Assembly (NCBI RefSeq): GCF_001194135.2
Contig: NC_068981.1
Span: 36,624,200 to 36,688,199 of the forward strand
From: Octopus bimaculoides
Lineage: Eukaryota
DNA: 64,000 nucleotides
Direction of reading: 5' to 3'
Part shown: piece by piece, positions 50,220-64,000 of the stretch
Layout of the letters: each line of letters opens with the position of its first letter
Numbering within the stretch: position 1 is the first letter of the stretch
Made by a program: the position numbers and the translations under genes
Notes under the pieces: model-generated
Told to the model about the DNA's origin: nothing
The model's database searches: none
What the model saw: the letters and a program-made list of their open reading frames with translations, nothing else

Positions 50220-51211
50220 TATACAGTAAATAAGAGAAAGATGAGAGAAAGGAAGATGATATCTTGGTGATGGCTAGGTATGTAGCAAGAGCATATGGGG
50301 AGTGATGATAAGGATGGAGGTACTTAGGAGTGAGTTGACAGGAAGTGGTTCTGCGCTGAAGGTGAAATAACTGGTAGTACAGAAGAATGACCAATGGAAA
50401 ATGTGAATGGAGTGAGATTAAAAAGGATGGATGGATGTTAAAGGAAGTGGTTCCAAGTGGTAGGAGAGATTACGAGTAGTTCAGAGAGGGATGATGAAAT
50501 CTGTAGTTCTGCTTACATTTAATCACAGCAGCAGAATACTGCAGTAGTTAAGAGAGTGATGGCAGGATCAGTGATATGGAGATGAGGAAGTGGTAAAGAA
50601 GGCACGATAGGGGAAAACTGATTGAGTGCCCAGTTGTGTGTATGCACAGTATGCATCCAGAGCTTCAGGTTTGTCATGATGAGAGGGTGTTCTTGAATAC
50701 TGCATATCACCAATCATCTTGGCAAAGATAACAACAAAGCGAGATGAAGCAAAATTATTAGTCTGATGCTAAATCAAAAATATGAAAGTAGAAGTGTCCT
50801 CAGTTTTTCAACCTTAAGTTCTTCTTAGAAAGAAAGAAAAGAGTAAAAATAAAGAAAGAGAAAGAAACAAGAGTAATGGAGAAGAACATTTGATTCTGCC
50901 ACGACATGATATAAATGAAGAAAGGTTAGAATAAGTGGAAGTGAAAGGAAAGGATAGAAGTTTCATAAGTAAGAGAGTAATAAGGAGGTAACGATGATAC
51001 AGTGTGCATGAGTGTGTGTGTGCATGTATGTTGCACTGTTTGTCATGCATATGTGCATATGCATGTGCTTTGGTTTGTGTATGGATAGTGTGTAGACATT
51101 TGGAGTAAATGATAGTATGTGGCATGTGACATGTAGATATAATCACTTGCATACATATATATATACACACACACATATAAGTATATACATACATTTATCT
51201 TGTATGTATAT

Positions 51212-51382
51212 ATCATCATCATCATCATCATCACCCGTTTTCCATGATGGCATGAGTTGGATGGCTTGACCAGCGCTGGCAAGCAGGAGAGCTGCACGAG
51301 GTTCCAGTCTGATTTAGCTTGGTTTCAGTAGCTAGATACCCTTCCTAATGCCAACCACTTTACAGTGTGTACTGGGTGCTTT

Positions 51383-51385
<3 letters not shown>
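51212..51385 (-). mobile_element. SINE 3' half with RTE-type tail
   Basis: Inverted homologue of 50040-50219. Confidence 0.8.
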
Positions 51386-51421
<36 letters not shown>

Positions 51422-51434
51422 TATAGCATGGCTA

Positions 51435-51600
51435 GGTGCAGGCATGGCTATGTGCTAAGAAGTTTACTTCCCAACCACATGGTCCTGGATTCAGTCCCAC
51501 TGCATGACACCATGGGCAACTGTCCTCTTGTATAGCCCCAGGCTGACCAAATCCCTGAGAGGGATTGAGTAGACAGAAACTGAAAGAAGTCCATCACACA
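51435..51600 (+). mobile_element. CORE-like SINE head
   Basis: CATGGCTATGTG...GGATTCAGTCCCACTG...CCATGGGCAACTGTC...GAAACTGAAAGAAG. Confidence 0.75.
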
Positions 51601-51819
51601 CACATACACACACACACACACACTGTGTGTGTGTGTCTTGTTAGAAAATTTGTTTCAGACTCATATGGTTACAGTTTCAGTTCCTCTATGTAGCAAGTAT
51701 CTTCTACTGTAACTCCTGGCTCACTCTGGTTCACTAAAACCTTGAGAGTGCATTAGGTAGATAGAATCTGAAAGTAGTCCATTGTGCATATGTATGTGGG
51801 TGTACGTGTGTGTGAATGT

Positions 51820-52090
51820 CATAGTGTCTTCTTGTCTTGGTGTCATGTGATAGTTGTAAATGAGCATCACTGTCATACAAGTGGTATCCTTTATCTCCAA
51901 TCTTCTTTGAAAACATGTCTAACCAAAGGGAATTATTACCTTACTTAGAAGCAGGTAAGGGTTGGTAACAGAAAGGTACCCAACCACAGAAAATCTGTCT
52001 CAGTGACCTTAGTCTGACCCATGTGTGTGTGAAAAAGTGGATGTTGAAACAATAATGATGATGATGATGATGATGAAGATGATGATATGT
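51820..52090 (+). mobile_element. SINE 3' part with (GAT)n tail
   Basis: Same module as 40-330 and 36740-36992. Confidence 0.75.
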
Positions 52091-53134
52091 ATTCACACAA
52101 ACTTATACACATATGCATGTATATGTGATTTAATAGCAATTACATACATGTAATAATGTTATGAAGACCCCTTAAGTAAACCAAATTTGAAGCGCAAATA
52201 GGAAGCTCCATATTTGTATTGAAGAATGTAAACTTCAATATAAGATTATCAATGTTCCAGCAAATTGAAGGGTGTAGGTTTAGTAGTGGTGAAAATTTAG
52301 CAGCCTAAATAGAATTTAGTTCTATTTAGCTTCCCTCCTCTGCCCTCTGGTTTCAGATCTTGTCATGGTGAACTGCAAGCTTCTATTCAGGAATGGATGT
52401 ACTTATTATCAATCCCATGCTAAAGTTAATTCATTTGGTTGTGCCTCTACATTGCCAGAATTAAATTTGTACTTTAATAAAAGGTGATATTATGAGTGAA
52501 AGTTTTATTGATAGGACAGAGAAAATTGGCTTGCTTTGCTAAATATATCAGGCAAATCTTTCTCAAATCCCAACTTAATTTCTTCAAAAAGAGGATGGAT
52601 ACATTAGAGAATGTAGTCCAAGATATTCAGAAATTGGGATGGTCTCTATTGGAGTGCATTTGCTTACAAGTCTGCCTGATTATGCTGACCTGTGTCTAAA
52701 CAGAACAACAAGAATTGTCATATTATTAAATAAGCCAATGATGGAAACTCTATGTGGTTGCTTAACATAAAAGAAATAGCAGTCTCTCAAAGTTAACACT
52801 ACAATCTTAAAAACATTAAATAATTGAATCCTAAAAATTTATGCCTGGGAAAAGATGGGATTCACATAAATGAGACCACTTTGATCATAGGTTTCTTTAT
52901 TCAAGATCAACCTGGTGATAAATAAAACTCATTATTTGAAATTTCAGGTCCAGAAATATTCATTTCAAGCAACTCCATCCCTTCCTCAAATTTGAGGAAG
53001 AGGTAGTGTTGATTGAATTAACTACAATACTTTATGGCATTTTATTTTATTGATTTTTGGCTTTGGAATGATAAAAAAGTAGAAGTTAACCTAGGAAAGG
53101 TTTGAATTTAGAACATAAAAAAACATGCAAGAAT

Positions 53135-53348
53135 ATTGGTTTCAAATTTTTGCCCAAGGCCAGTAATTTTGGGGGAGGGGTAATTCGATTTCATTGACCC
53201 CACTGTTCAACTGGTATTTATTTTATTGGTCCCAAAAGGGATAAAAGATAAAACTAACCCTGGTAACATTTGAACTCAGAAAGTAAAGTCAGAAGAAATG
53301 CAGCTAAGCCTTTTTCTGGCATGGTAATAATTCTGCCAGCTTACCATC
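53135..53348 (-). mobile_element. tRNA-headed SINE (third head family)
   Basis: Inverted homologue of 57331-57520. Confidence 0.7.
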
Positions 53349-56300
53349 TTCATGTCAAAGAATATTAATTGATGTTAGTATTTTTACAAGACATTATTTT
53401 CTATCAAATTCGATCAGCTTACATAAATATGCCAGTCTATAACAAATTCACTTTCAGTCATCTTCCAGAATCTTAAATGAGTTGTATAATGCTATGAAAA
53501 CAAGGAAATTACTAATATCAAAGATTGATTCCAAAACCTTTAATGCAGATCAATGTAATTTTCTATTTAGTGCAATTGATAAGTGTTGATCTTTGAACAT
53601 ACTTGCTTCCTAGAGACATTTCTGATAAATAAAACGGCTTCTTATGAGACAGCATATAAAAGGTAATGTGATATTTTTATCCTTATATTCAAGTTCAACT
53701 TGGGAAACCTCTCAAATCAAATCTTTATCCTGTTATTCAGTTCAGATCTCTGAATTTACTTTTGTAGAGATTCTTTGTTGATAAAACAGGAGACTTTTGA
53801 TGAAATGCTTACTGGCTATTGTTTATTAATGGAAAGTTGTTCCATAAAACTACTGCCTGACTTGCTGCTTTTTTCAGGATAACTAGATTTAATTTCCCTT
53901 GGTAATGGCTTCTGTTTGCTGGTGGGCCACAAACTCAATGTCCTGATTACTTGATTAAGTTCATCGTTTATTCTAGTATATTACAAGTAATTATTTTATC
54001 AATACAAGATGGAGAAATGGCTGTGATAACCTTGATTGGACTCAAACACTGAGCTGTTGACTTTCTGTTGCTGTTGCTTAGCTTCAGGTTAACCCTGCAG
54101 GACCATCCTGTTATTTTTTTTATGGATATCTATGATTAAATGACTATATTATCAAATGTTGCCATTCTCTTTCTCATGACAATATGATATAATTTCAGCA
54201 AGAGTTTACTGTTAGTTCTAACATGTTCTGTGACTAAGTAAAGTCTCACTCACTGGCCTGTCTTTCATAAAAAGTTTCAGCATGTACCCATTATCCACTT
54301 GCATAAAACTAAATCATGTAACAGCAATAAACCTTCTATAATCTCATTTATATTCAAACCCTTCTGTAGAGTCATTTGCACATTGTGATTAAAGAAAGAT
54401 CTTTGTTTGAAATTTTAAGTCCCTGATAAAAAGCTTAACCATTCCCTTTTAATTTGCTTTCAAACAATTGTATTGTCTCTTTTCGTGATGGGATCATAGC
54501 AATTCTGTCTTGGAATAAAGAAAGAAATGAATAAAATAAGGATAGAGAGCACTGTTTACTCTCACCACAGACAACATATATAATGTTGATAGTATTATAA
54601 ATGCAACCACTTCATTTAAAGTGTAAAGGTACTGGAAAGATATCCAGCTATAAAAAAATGTCCTACAAAATATGATATGGTATACATAAAAGAGTTGACT
54701 CATTTTTGTTCTGTTATTGTATATGTCTGTGTGTGATAGATGATGAAGAAGAATAAGGATTGGCAAGATGCTGTGAAACTTATTTAATCTATGTTGGTAT
54801 AGAGAAAGAGATGAATTCATAGTGAAAAATGATAAATAATATGTTAAAGTTTTGTTAAGGAATGAAAAAAAATGTCTGCAAACTTTGTCAAAATGGAATA
54901 AGTTTGAGAGGAAATAGCTTACTTTTCAATCACTCAACCTTATAGATAAGATAGCATAGGATCAAGTTAAAGTAAAAGGAACTTTGTTAAATATGTTTCC
55001 TTTGAGCAAGACAGAAACTACAAGACTATTTGTATCAGTTTTGGTACACCTCAAACAGGCAGACATCCACTCAAATACTTGTGCTCCAACATTTGGGCCA
55101 AAATGTTTAAAGTTCAGGTTAATCAACAACGATATTGATGCTTGAGGAAAATGTTTTCAGTTGGCAAAGAGGATATGTATGTGTTGTCATATCAGTGAAG
55201 GGATGATGAGGGACAATATGTGGTTAGGATGAGTCAGAATGAACTTACTAGGCTTAATGACACTTGAAAGTCACATGGAGCACTATCCATTGCAGATGTA
55301 GAAATAAAGAGCACAAGACATGTGGTGAAGGGTAAAATGTCATTCCACTACACTTATGGAACTAAAGTTTATTTAAGGGCTTTTTTCCCGAATGAATTGG
55401 AAAATAAAAAGAATTTTAGTGGAGAAGAACAGAGACAGCAACTAGTGCAGCAGATTCCAATCTTCAGTTGACAGAGAAGATCTCTTTGCTTCAGTGTGAG
55501 GAGGTAACCAGGTGGCAGAAGGACTCCTTCTTGGGTCATGTCTAGTGGAGACAGTGAGAGGATGATGGAGGTGGAAAGTATTTGACAAATTAACAGCAGC
55601 CAGCAAGCAGTATTGATTCTAGCTCCACAAGGCACAAGATTATTCATCTTGTCCTTTGTCCCAGAGACAGATAAGGGAGGGTCTTTCTCTCCGCTAACTA
55701 TTGTACCATCCCACTGGAAGCTGGTGAGGAGTTGAAAATTACTGGAAAAAGTAAGTAGAACAAAAAAATATAGCTGAAAAGAAAGGGGGAACTTGATCTA
55801 ATGGCATGTAAAATACAGCAAGTAGATTATAAGAATGGCATGAAATTCATCGCTGTTCAAAAGATAAACAAATAATTTGTGAACAAATTAACACATATGT
55901 GATACAAATGATATAGTCTTGATCTACTAATTACTAAAGATTGAATAGAGTCAGATTAAAAGAAACATGTCAGTGAAAGAAGTTTAGTAAAAATAATATC
56001 AGTATATTAATAAGAGCTAAAGAAGGAGGACATAGGAAAGAAAATGTAGAAGGAGGACATACTGACATGTAGTCAGCAAGTGTTCTCATGTAAGACAGAC
56101 AAGTAGAGAAATAAAGAGTATTTTATGTTAGTTATTAAAGTCATTGAAGCTTATCTTCTGACATTATGAGAAATGTCTGAAAACGAGACATGTTAGCATT
56201 AAGGTCTTAATGTCTTAAAGAGGTTGCCCAACTATTCACCTGAATCTAACAATAATCCCCATACAGTTTAATGATTCATACATCAGTCATATTTATATGG

Positions 56301-57330
56301 TCTTAGACAGGAATATTCTCAGTTTATCAGAATAAGATGCTTGTGATATAATTTTGAGAACAACATTCTTGGAATGTGTAGCTGGTAGCTTCGTGTAATA
56401 TATGCATATGTATTTACATACATGGGTTATATCCAAGAATATGTATAAACACACTCATACATACACACACACACACACTCTCTCTCTCTCTCTCTCTCTC
56501 ATGCACACTCTCTCTCTCTATCTCATGCACACTCTCTCTCTCTCACACACAAACTCACACACACCCACACCCACACCCACACACTCACATTATGCATATT
56601 GGGTTGATACGGACTTCGAGTTTCACCTGTAGCAGTTTATTCAAATAGGAAACTTGAAGTTCCTATCAAGTGTCTCATCCCTTGCAAAGGATATTAATGA
56701 GCCCTTTTGGGTATGCAAAATGCCAATGTGAACAGTAGCAGATGTGTGAAGCTTTAATCTGACCTAAATGGTAAGTTCTTACCCATGTGTAGATAGTAAC
56801 CCTGAATATTTCAATATGTACTTTTGAAATAAAATTTTGTTTTATTTACAATGTTTTCTTTGTGGAATATTTATTACATGGCTATTTTTTATGTGTTTTC
56901 TTTGTATAACATTGATGACTCCCACCTTCGATTTTATATATATTTGTTTTGTTCACCTCCACACATTCTTGTAACACCATTGGTTTTAACATCTTGTGTA
57001 ATGGTGTGTATGAATGAATTTGAATTTAACTGGTTAAAGGTACAAGTGTGGCTAAAGATGCAGGTATGGTTGTAGCTGCAGACATGGCTGCATGTTTAAG
57101 ATATCAGCTTCTCAACCACATGGTTTTGGTTTCAGTTCTACTGCATGGCACCTTACATATGTCGAAACCTTTTTTAGTGGATGGTAAATGGAAAATGAAA
57201 GCCCATCACACATGTATATATACAAGGAGATGCTGAAAATGCCATTAACTAATTGCCTTCCAGTAAAATTGCTGGCCATGTGCAGAATTTGAAACAACAA
57301 TTACTATTATCATTATTATTATTATTGTTA

Positions 57331-57775
57331 AGGTGGTGAGCTGACAGAATTACTAAGCATGCTGGACAAAATGCTTAGTGGTATTGCAGCTGTCCTTATG
57401 TTCTGAGTTCAAATTCTGCCGAGGTCGACTTTCAGATTCGATGAAATAAGTACCAGTTATGCACTGGGGTTGATGTAATCGACTAGCCCCCTCCCCCAAA
57501 ATTTCAGGCCTAGAAAGGATTATTACTATTAACGTAATTATTATTAAGGCAAGTGAACTAATAAAATCATTAGCATGATGGGAAAATGCTTAGCAGCTTT
57601 TCATCTGTCTTTCCTTTCTGTATTGTGAAAAACGCCTTGTGGTATTTGTTCTAGCACTATGTCTTGAGTTCAAATACCGTTGATGTCAACTTTATCTTTC
57701 ATCATTCGAGTATTGATAAAACACAGAACCAGTCAAGTGCTGGGGTTGATGAAACAAACTAACACCTTCCTTATG
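57331..57775 (+). mobile_element. Two tandem tRNA-headed SINEs of the third family in (ATT)n context
   Basis: GGTGGTGAGCTG...GAGTTCAAATTC...GAGGTCGACT...AAGTACCAG...GGGGTTGATG. The second copy is at ~57547-57775. Confidence 0.75.
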
Positions 57776-58518
57776 CTTAAATTATAAATTATTATCAATA
57801 TAGGACTTTATGGAAACAAGACTTGCTATTATGTATTTTTGTCTGGAATAAACATTTTTTGACCAGTACGTGTGAGAGGTCCACTGCATGACTTCTGAGG
57901 GCAGCTGAAATAAGTGCAAAGAGCTTGGGTCATTTAGCATTGTCGAGAGCCTTTGGTTGTACTTGCTTTGCATAAAAATGTTTCATATATACGTATGAAA
58001 CTCCTGTGACTAATAAAGAATGTATTTTATTGTTATCATGCTCTCAGTAGTTTCATGTGAATTATTATTGCACCACCAGGTGCATGTGTGCTGCATTGCT
58101 TTTTTTTTACAGTATAAAATTATATTAGTATGCTGCATAAATTGTATTTTGTTGTTTCCAGTGTTGTGTTAGTGTTTAGTTTGTTTGTAATCATGCAGCA
58201 CAATATAAGTTGTGTAGCATGACCACTGTTTCATAAGTGCTGTGTGAGTTGTACTTTGCATCATAGGGTATATACTATGTGATATAGTGCATGTATGCTG
58301 TGTCAATCGTATTATATAATAATAAAGTGTTGGGTGATAGTTGTGTAGAGTATATTCTATGAGAGGTGGGTTATATTTATGGGTGGCAATTTGTATAGAA
58401 TTATGATTTTTAAAAGTTGATGGTGGAGTGTGAGTTGTATAATAGTATTGATTGGTGATTATTTAAAAGGATGTGTAGTGTAAATTGTGTAATTTCATAG
58501 GGTGATGATTATGTAAAG

Positions 58519-58772
58519 CAGTGGTTCTCAACTAGGGTCTGTATGACCCTTGGAGGTCCATATATAAGATTTGTTTTGTTAAAATTCATGTGCAGCGAAT
58601 TGCTTACACTTTTCCAGTACACCAAATCTTAATTATTTTTAAAGCAATTCATACTATTATTATTCAATTCTATATGTATAATGAGATTTTTTAAACATTA
58701 AATGGCTATGAGGGTCCACCCAAGTGAAATAGGAATCAAAGAGGTCCATAAAAAATAGTTGAGTATGCATTG
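58519..58772. mobile_element. hAT (Charlie-like) MITE, decayed
   Basis: Left end CAGTGGTTCTCAAC, degenerate right end GTTGAGTATGCATTG, internal GGGTCC/GGTCCAT motifs. No TSD recognisable. Confidence 0.65.
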
Positions 58773-59682
58773 TGTGAATTGTGCTATAAATCTGAAAGTG
58801 TCTTTCATAGGATATAGGCTGTATCTGGAAGAGATATTTATTGTACTGTTTCAGTTAGCCCTAGTATTGTTGCTCATGATTTTCTATATTATACTGTATG
58901 CTAGAATTATTATTGGTTATGTTTTTACTTTCATACACTATTTCTCCCTAAATTCTGTTTCAATATATTTGTATTTTGATAGTTTTGGTCAGAAGAGATC
59001 AAAATATCTGTAAGGGTACACACAGGGATTTCCATTCTAGTCTTTGATTATAAAATCTGGATGATTAACCTTGATCTTCATATCACAGATTATTATGGCA
59101 GGTTGTTGTCATATACTGTTTGATACATACTCACATCACTTCTCAGTTTTTACAATAAAGTGTGATTGCTTAATGGACATAATTACTGACTCAGTTATGT
59201 CTGCAGATATACTTGAACTTAGAAAAGAATAGACAACAAAAAGTGATAAGGTCTGTTGTCTCATTGTACTAGCTGCATAATTTACACTTGATATTAAGCT
59301 TCTTGCTTCATTATTTTGTTATTATAATTTTTTCTGTGAATAGGCATCAATTCTGTGCAGCTGAGATAAGATTTCTTTTCTGCTCTTAGTTCAGACCTTT
59401 TGAGCCATTGTTGGCTTTTACTTTGGCTTACTTTCTCTCTGTCAAGTCTAGAATGGTTTTTCTCTGCATTGCTTCTTTAGTATATTTTTTTAATTCTAAT
59501 TTACTTTGCTCTTTTGATTTTTAAAAATATTTTCTTTTATTTGTCCTTATCTAAACATTTTTCTTTGGTGAAGTTATCATATAATCTCTAACTTATTGTT
59601 TCCTTACACATAGATATTAAAAATGATAGCAGTGAATACAATGATGGCAGTGTTGGGAATTAATATAAAAAGAATAAAGAAA

Positions 59683-59810
59683 TCATCATTGTCATCATTG
59701 TTATCATTGTCATCATTGTCATCATTGTCATCCTTGTCATCATCATCATCATTGTCATCATCATAATTGTCATCGTCATCATCATCATTGTCGTCATTGT
59801 CAGTATTAGT
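59683..59810. repeat. (TCATTG)/(TCA) repeat
   Basis: Direct observation. Confidence 0.9.
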
Positions 59811-60704
59811 ATTATTGTTATTATTAGCATGCTGGTGATATGATGATCAATTATATTGCTTTTGTTTTCCTTATCACCCTTACCACTTAATACCAAAAGA
59901 GAAATCCAAATATATAATATTTTTAACATGAAACATTAACTTAACAAATCAAGAAATTGAATATCATTCTGTAAGATGTTATATTTTATTGCTATTTTTA
60001 AATATTTGAAGTTGCTGCAAATAGAAATCAATAGAAAGAGATAAAGTAGGGTAACAGGCCAGTTGTAAAGGGTAGAAAGAAATTCAAAGAAAATTTTTAA
60101 AAAAAAATCAATCACACTGCAGCTTGGTCTAAATCTGCATTGTGGTTGATAGCTGAAGGCATTCAGAGGACAGTTAAGACAGGAAGATTACTTTTCATCT
60201 TATGGTTTCCTTTGAATTAATAAGTTTCCAGATTATTTGGCTTCATTTGTTTGGAAATTACAGTTTTGATTGTCCAGTAACTTGAATAGAGAGAGATCGA
60301 CATTAGCTTTGACTTGATCAGTCTAAGACTTTCATATCTTTGACTGCATCAATACTGGTAGACAATATTTACAATAGATTAAAGAAAGCTAACTTTTTTA
60401 AGTTTGTAAATTACAATTACAATATTATTAAAAATCATATTATTTACACCAGGATTACATAACAGAAAGCTCAAAAAGTTTCATACATATTACTTTTGCA
60501 CAAGTATTTCATTGTATTCTTGGAATTACTAACTAAGAAGGGATGAGTGCTACTATGGTATTTTAATGAAAATTATATAAGCCTCATCATAAGTATCCTC
60601 CCCTAGATGCATATAATCAATTAAGGGAAAATGTTTATGGGTTTTCTTTAAAAAAAAAACAATTGAAATTACAGGTCACACAACTGACAATATCTAATTT
60701 TCAG

Positions 60705-60759
60705 TTCAACAGATTCTGGATAGATATCAATTCAAAGAAATAAATCCTTTGCTTGTTGA
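60705..60759 (+). CDS. Candidate 55-nt exon (QQILDRYQFKEINPLLV)
   Basis: CTAATTTTCAG acceptor, GA|GTAATG donor. Only one frame is open. Confidence 0.35.
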
Positions 60760-61339
60760 GTAATGGATTATATAATAATTTCTTTATTCCTATCCTCAAA
60801 ATTCACTACAAAGGGTGAATTGATAAGAGCAATAATGTAACTGTCAACAGAAGAGATTATATATGGTATTAGCCACTTCAAATTCTTTGAGACTGATCAT
60901 TGAAATATCAATTATAGAATCTATAAGACTCATACCATGAAGAAAATATTTGGGATGTTAAAGTGCATGAGAGTTATGTTCAAGAACTGAGTTGTATAAA
61001 CCATTAGTAACACAGATTATGAAACCAAAATCAATGTAAGTTGTCTATGTGTTGTGGAAATAACTTGGTGACTTGAAAGCTTGGGGAAAATATACAAGTG
61101 ATCTATTAGTTTTAAAAGACATACTTTATAATTAACTGAAGAATACTCAGAATAACTCAAGAACAATGACTCCTTATCACAAAGAGTTTCAGTAAATCTG
61201 ATAGATTTAACACATTCACACCTATACATACATAGATATATACATGATGGCCATCCACTTGTGACTGAGGAAGACCATTGCTGACCTTCAGGAACATTGT
61301 GCGCTCTAGGACTAACTTATATTTTGCATCTGCAGCTCT

Positions 61340-62348
61340 CTAGATAATATTGCAATGGTCTGAAGAGATGATAGTAAGATGGAACATTGTCAAGAAAGTA
61401 GGGAGGATGAAACAAAACTTCTGTATTTAGTGCTGTAATTTAATCCCAAGTGGCTTGGACAATATGTGATCTTGCAATATTGTGTAAGAGCAACGTCCCT
61501 TTATGATTGATCAATAAGTGCTTTTTTTGTGCACTGCTTCCTATTGATAACAATACATCTCCACATTAACTATTTTGTCGTGGTTTAACAATTTATGAAA
61601 GACAACACCCTTTATATCCCACCAAAGAAACTACATAACATTTTATGAATGCAGTCCTGGTTTGGGGATGGTTTCTCTTTTTTCATTAAGTGCCAGCCAT
61701 TGTTACCTTTGTTGGATACGATTATAGAGAAACTATTTTTAATTGCTTGTGATGATTCTACTCAGGAAAGGTTTTGTAGCAATTCTACTCTTCAAGGAAA
61801 GGCAGAGAGCAACTCTTAGATTTAGCCAAGAAGCAATAAGATCGTAAGGAACCACTAACCAAGTTTAAACACTTTTCCTAGTTCATGAAAGTGTTTTATG
61901 ATTGAAATAGGACATGATACTTAAACATATTTGAATTGAACTGTTTTGCAAATTCTCATACAATTTGCTTCAGATTTTCCTTAACGGTTTTCAGAAACTC
62001 AATCCTGATTTATGGGAATCTGCAGAAGAATTTCCCAGGTGAAACTGGCAAAAGTATTCTTGAAATGTCCACAGACTTAAAACTTGATTTCCATAAACAA
62101 GAGAACAAATATTTCTAGCTACTTCCATTGCTGAAAAGCCTCTTATGAATTCATACATCATGCAGTGTCTGATATGGGTCAGATCTAAACTCATTTTAGA
62201 AAATTTCGTCATTATGGTATGAAGAAATCTGGAAAGACAAGAAAAGCATTAGAATGTAAAAATTAATACTTATTTTGTTATAAGTATTGAAAAAGTACCC
62301 TGAAAGCGATCATGTCAAAAATGTGATAAAACTTTCTTTCTTACCTAA
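61340..62348 (-). mobile_element. Mariner element lacking a recognisable 3' end, decayed
   Basis: TA|TTAGGTAAGAAAG start. HIRHCMMYEF..G.SA.EVARNIC..YG HTH region, LLLHNIARSH, HPPYFLDNVPSYYHLFRPLQ. Confidence 0.82.
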
Positions 62349-62494
62349 TATATATTTATATATACACACACACATATGTCCAACCCATGCTAGTATGGAA
62401 CACAGATGTGAAATGATAATGATGATGATAGTGATGGTGATGATGGTGTTGACACATAAACAAACACCCACACATATACACAGATATTTTATAT

Positions 62495-62504
62495 NNNNNN
62501 NNNN
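62495..62504. other. Assembly gap (10 N)
   Basis: N-run. Confidence 1.
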
Positions 62505-64000
62505 AAAAGTACCCTGAAAGCGATCATGTCAAAAATGTGATAAAACTTTCTTTCTTACCTAATATATATTTATATATATATATATCAATCTCACTGTATT
62601 GATGTCTGTCATTGGAAATTGCTTGTACATTCCAATTTCCATTTCATAAGAAAATAAACTATATTGAAATCTATTCTGACATAAACATTTGCAAACCTTG
62701 TCCTTGGTCACTCCATATCAGTAACATAGAGTTGGTGCAAGTCTATTTAAATCTTCTTAAGAGACAAAATCCGACTCACTTCAAATCTTATCAATAATTT
62801 CTCATTAACGGTCACAATCAAAATTAACAATTTGACATGATGACCATCTCAGAAAAAGTGCATATAGTCACATGCTCTCTCTCCCAAATATGCACACATA
62901 TTTACACTCACTGTTACTATATATAAAATGTGACATGATAGACAACAAAATATGTGCACAACATTTCCTAGATGTAGCATTGAGAGATGATTGCTACCTT
63001 TAATTTAACTAACTTTGGAGTCAACAACTCAACTGGTTTTCTCTTCACTCTTAAACACTGGAGATATTCAATAATTTAGGGAAAGAAAAAAAGATCTTGT
63101 TTTAAGAATGTTTTGCAAAAAATCAAAAATTACCATAAATAAATAAATGTAATAAATTTATTCTATTATTTTGGTTAGGGAAAATTCAATTTATTTTTAT
63201 ATAAAATGACTGCAAAATTTTCTCTTGTAAAAATGAAATTTCCTATATCTTTCTATTTTATTTCATTTTGAAATTATCTTAAAGCTTAAGATATTTTATT
63301 TTTCTTATTTTGCCATCTTTGAAAAGTTTTCTTTGTGTTTAGAGGGTGATTAATTTTTTTTTTAATATATCATTCTTCCCCAAACTTATAAGAAGGAATT
63401 GTTCACATCTAGCTGGAGACTTGGAATTGATTTTACAAAAAAAAAAAAAGCTAATAAATATATTATAAGATTTGAATTGCAATGAAATGTAAAGAAAATC
63501 CTAGTTATTTTTTTATAGTCAATATTAGGAATATTAACAATTTTTTATGTACAAATATATATATTTTTGATATTGTTGCATGATTATTCTAAATAATTCT
63601 TGCTAAACTTTTCAAACAGAAGTAGATATTTTTATCAAAGGAAAAACAGTAGAATCCAAAGAAACTAGTGATGGTCTGCCTTTGGCAAACAGTAAGTACA
63701 AAAAGTCCGCAAAGTGGAATAAATTAATTTGATATCAGAAAGAGAAGTCAAACATCTCAGACAGAGATGAAATGTTTACTCAGAGTACTGAATAAATATA
63801 TAAGTAGATGTTCTTATGGATATCTTAACATCCTGGGTGAGACTGGTTTCTTACCAGTCATGAATAGCTATATTGTTTCTTCTGTTAAATTGTTTTTGAA
63901 TTATCTCATCTGGAGCCAGCATTTCCTTTCTCTCTCCCATTTAACTTCCTCTTTTATTCAGTTTTCTTGAATTATTCTTACGCTTTCATTCCATATAAAT

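Overview
AT-rich (roughly one-third GC by eye) animal genomic DNA with four assembly gaps. The tRNA-headed SINEs ending in RTE-type (GAT)n tails and the very dense CA/TA/GA/triplet microsatellites point to an octopod cephalopod (inference). Most of the window is intron-like or intergenic. Most ORF-track entries are artefacts of microsatellites, N-runs or repeats. Clear elements: (1) a complete, decayed 2.2-kb Chapaev3-type DNA transposon (CAC...GTG ends, TTA target duplication); (2) a complete, decayed 1.3-kb mariner with TIRs and TA duplication, plus two partial mariners of different sequence; (3) RTE, R4/Dong-like and possibly Penelope-like retrotransposon fragments; (4) a hAT-like MITE and a ~350-bp foldback element; (5) more than 20 SINE copies, several in close inverted pairs. 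Scattered small segments have good splice signals and open frames, mostly on the + strand, suggesting a large-intron host gene that I cannot name. The strongest coding signal is a pair of diverged exon-like copies at 5461-5897 whose differences are largely synonymous. No rRNA, true tRNA gene or CRISPR array is supported, and I see no clear evidence for a wholly new biological system.
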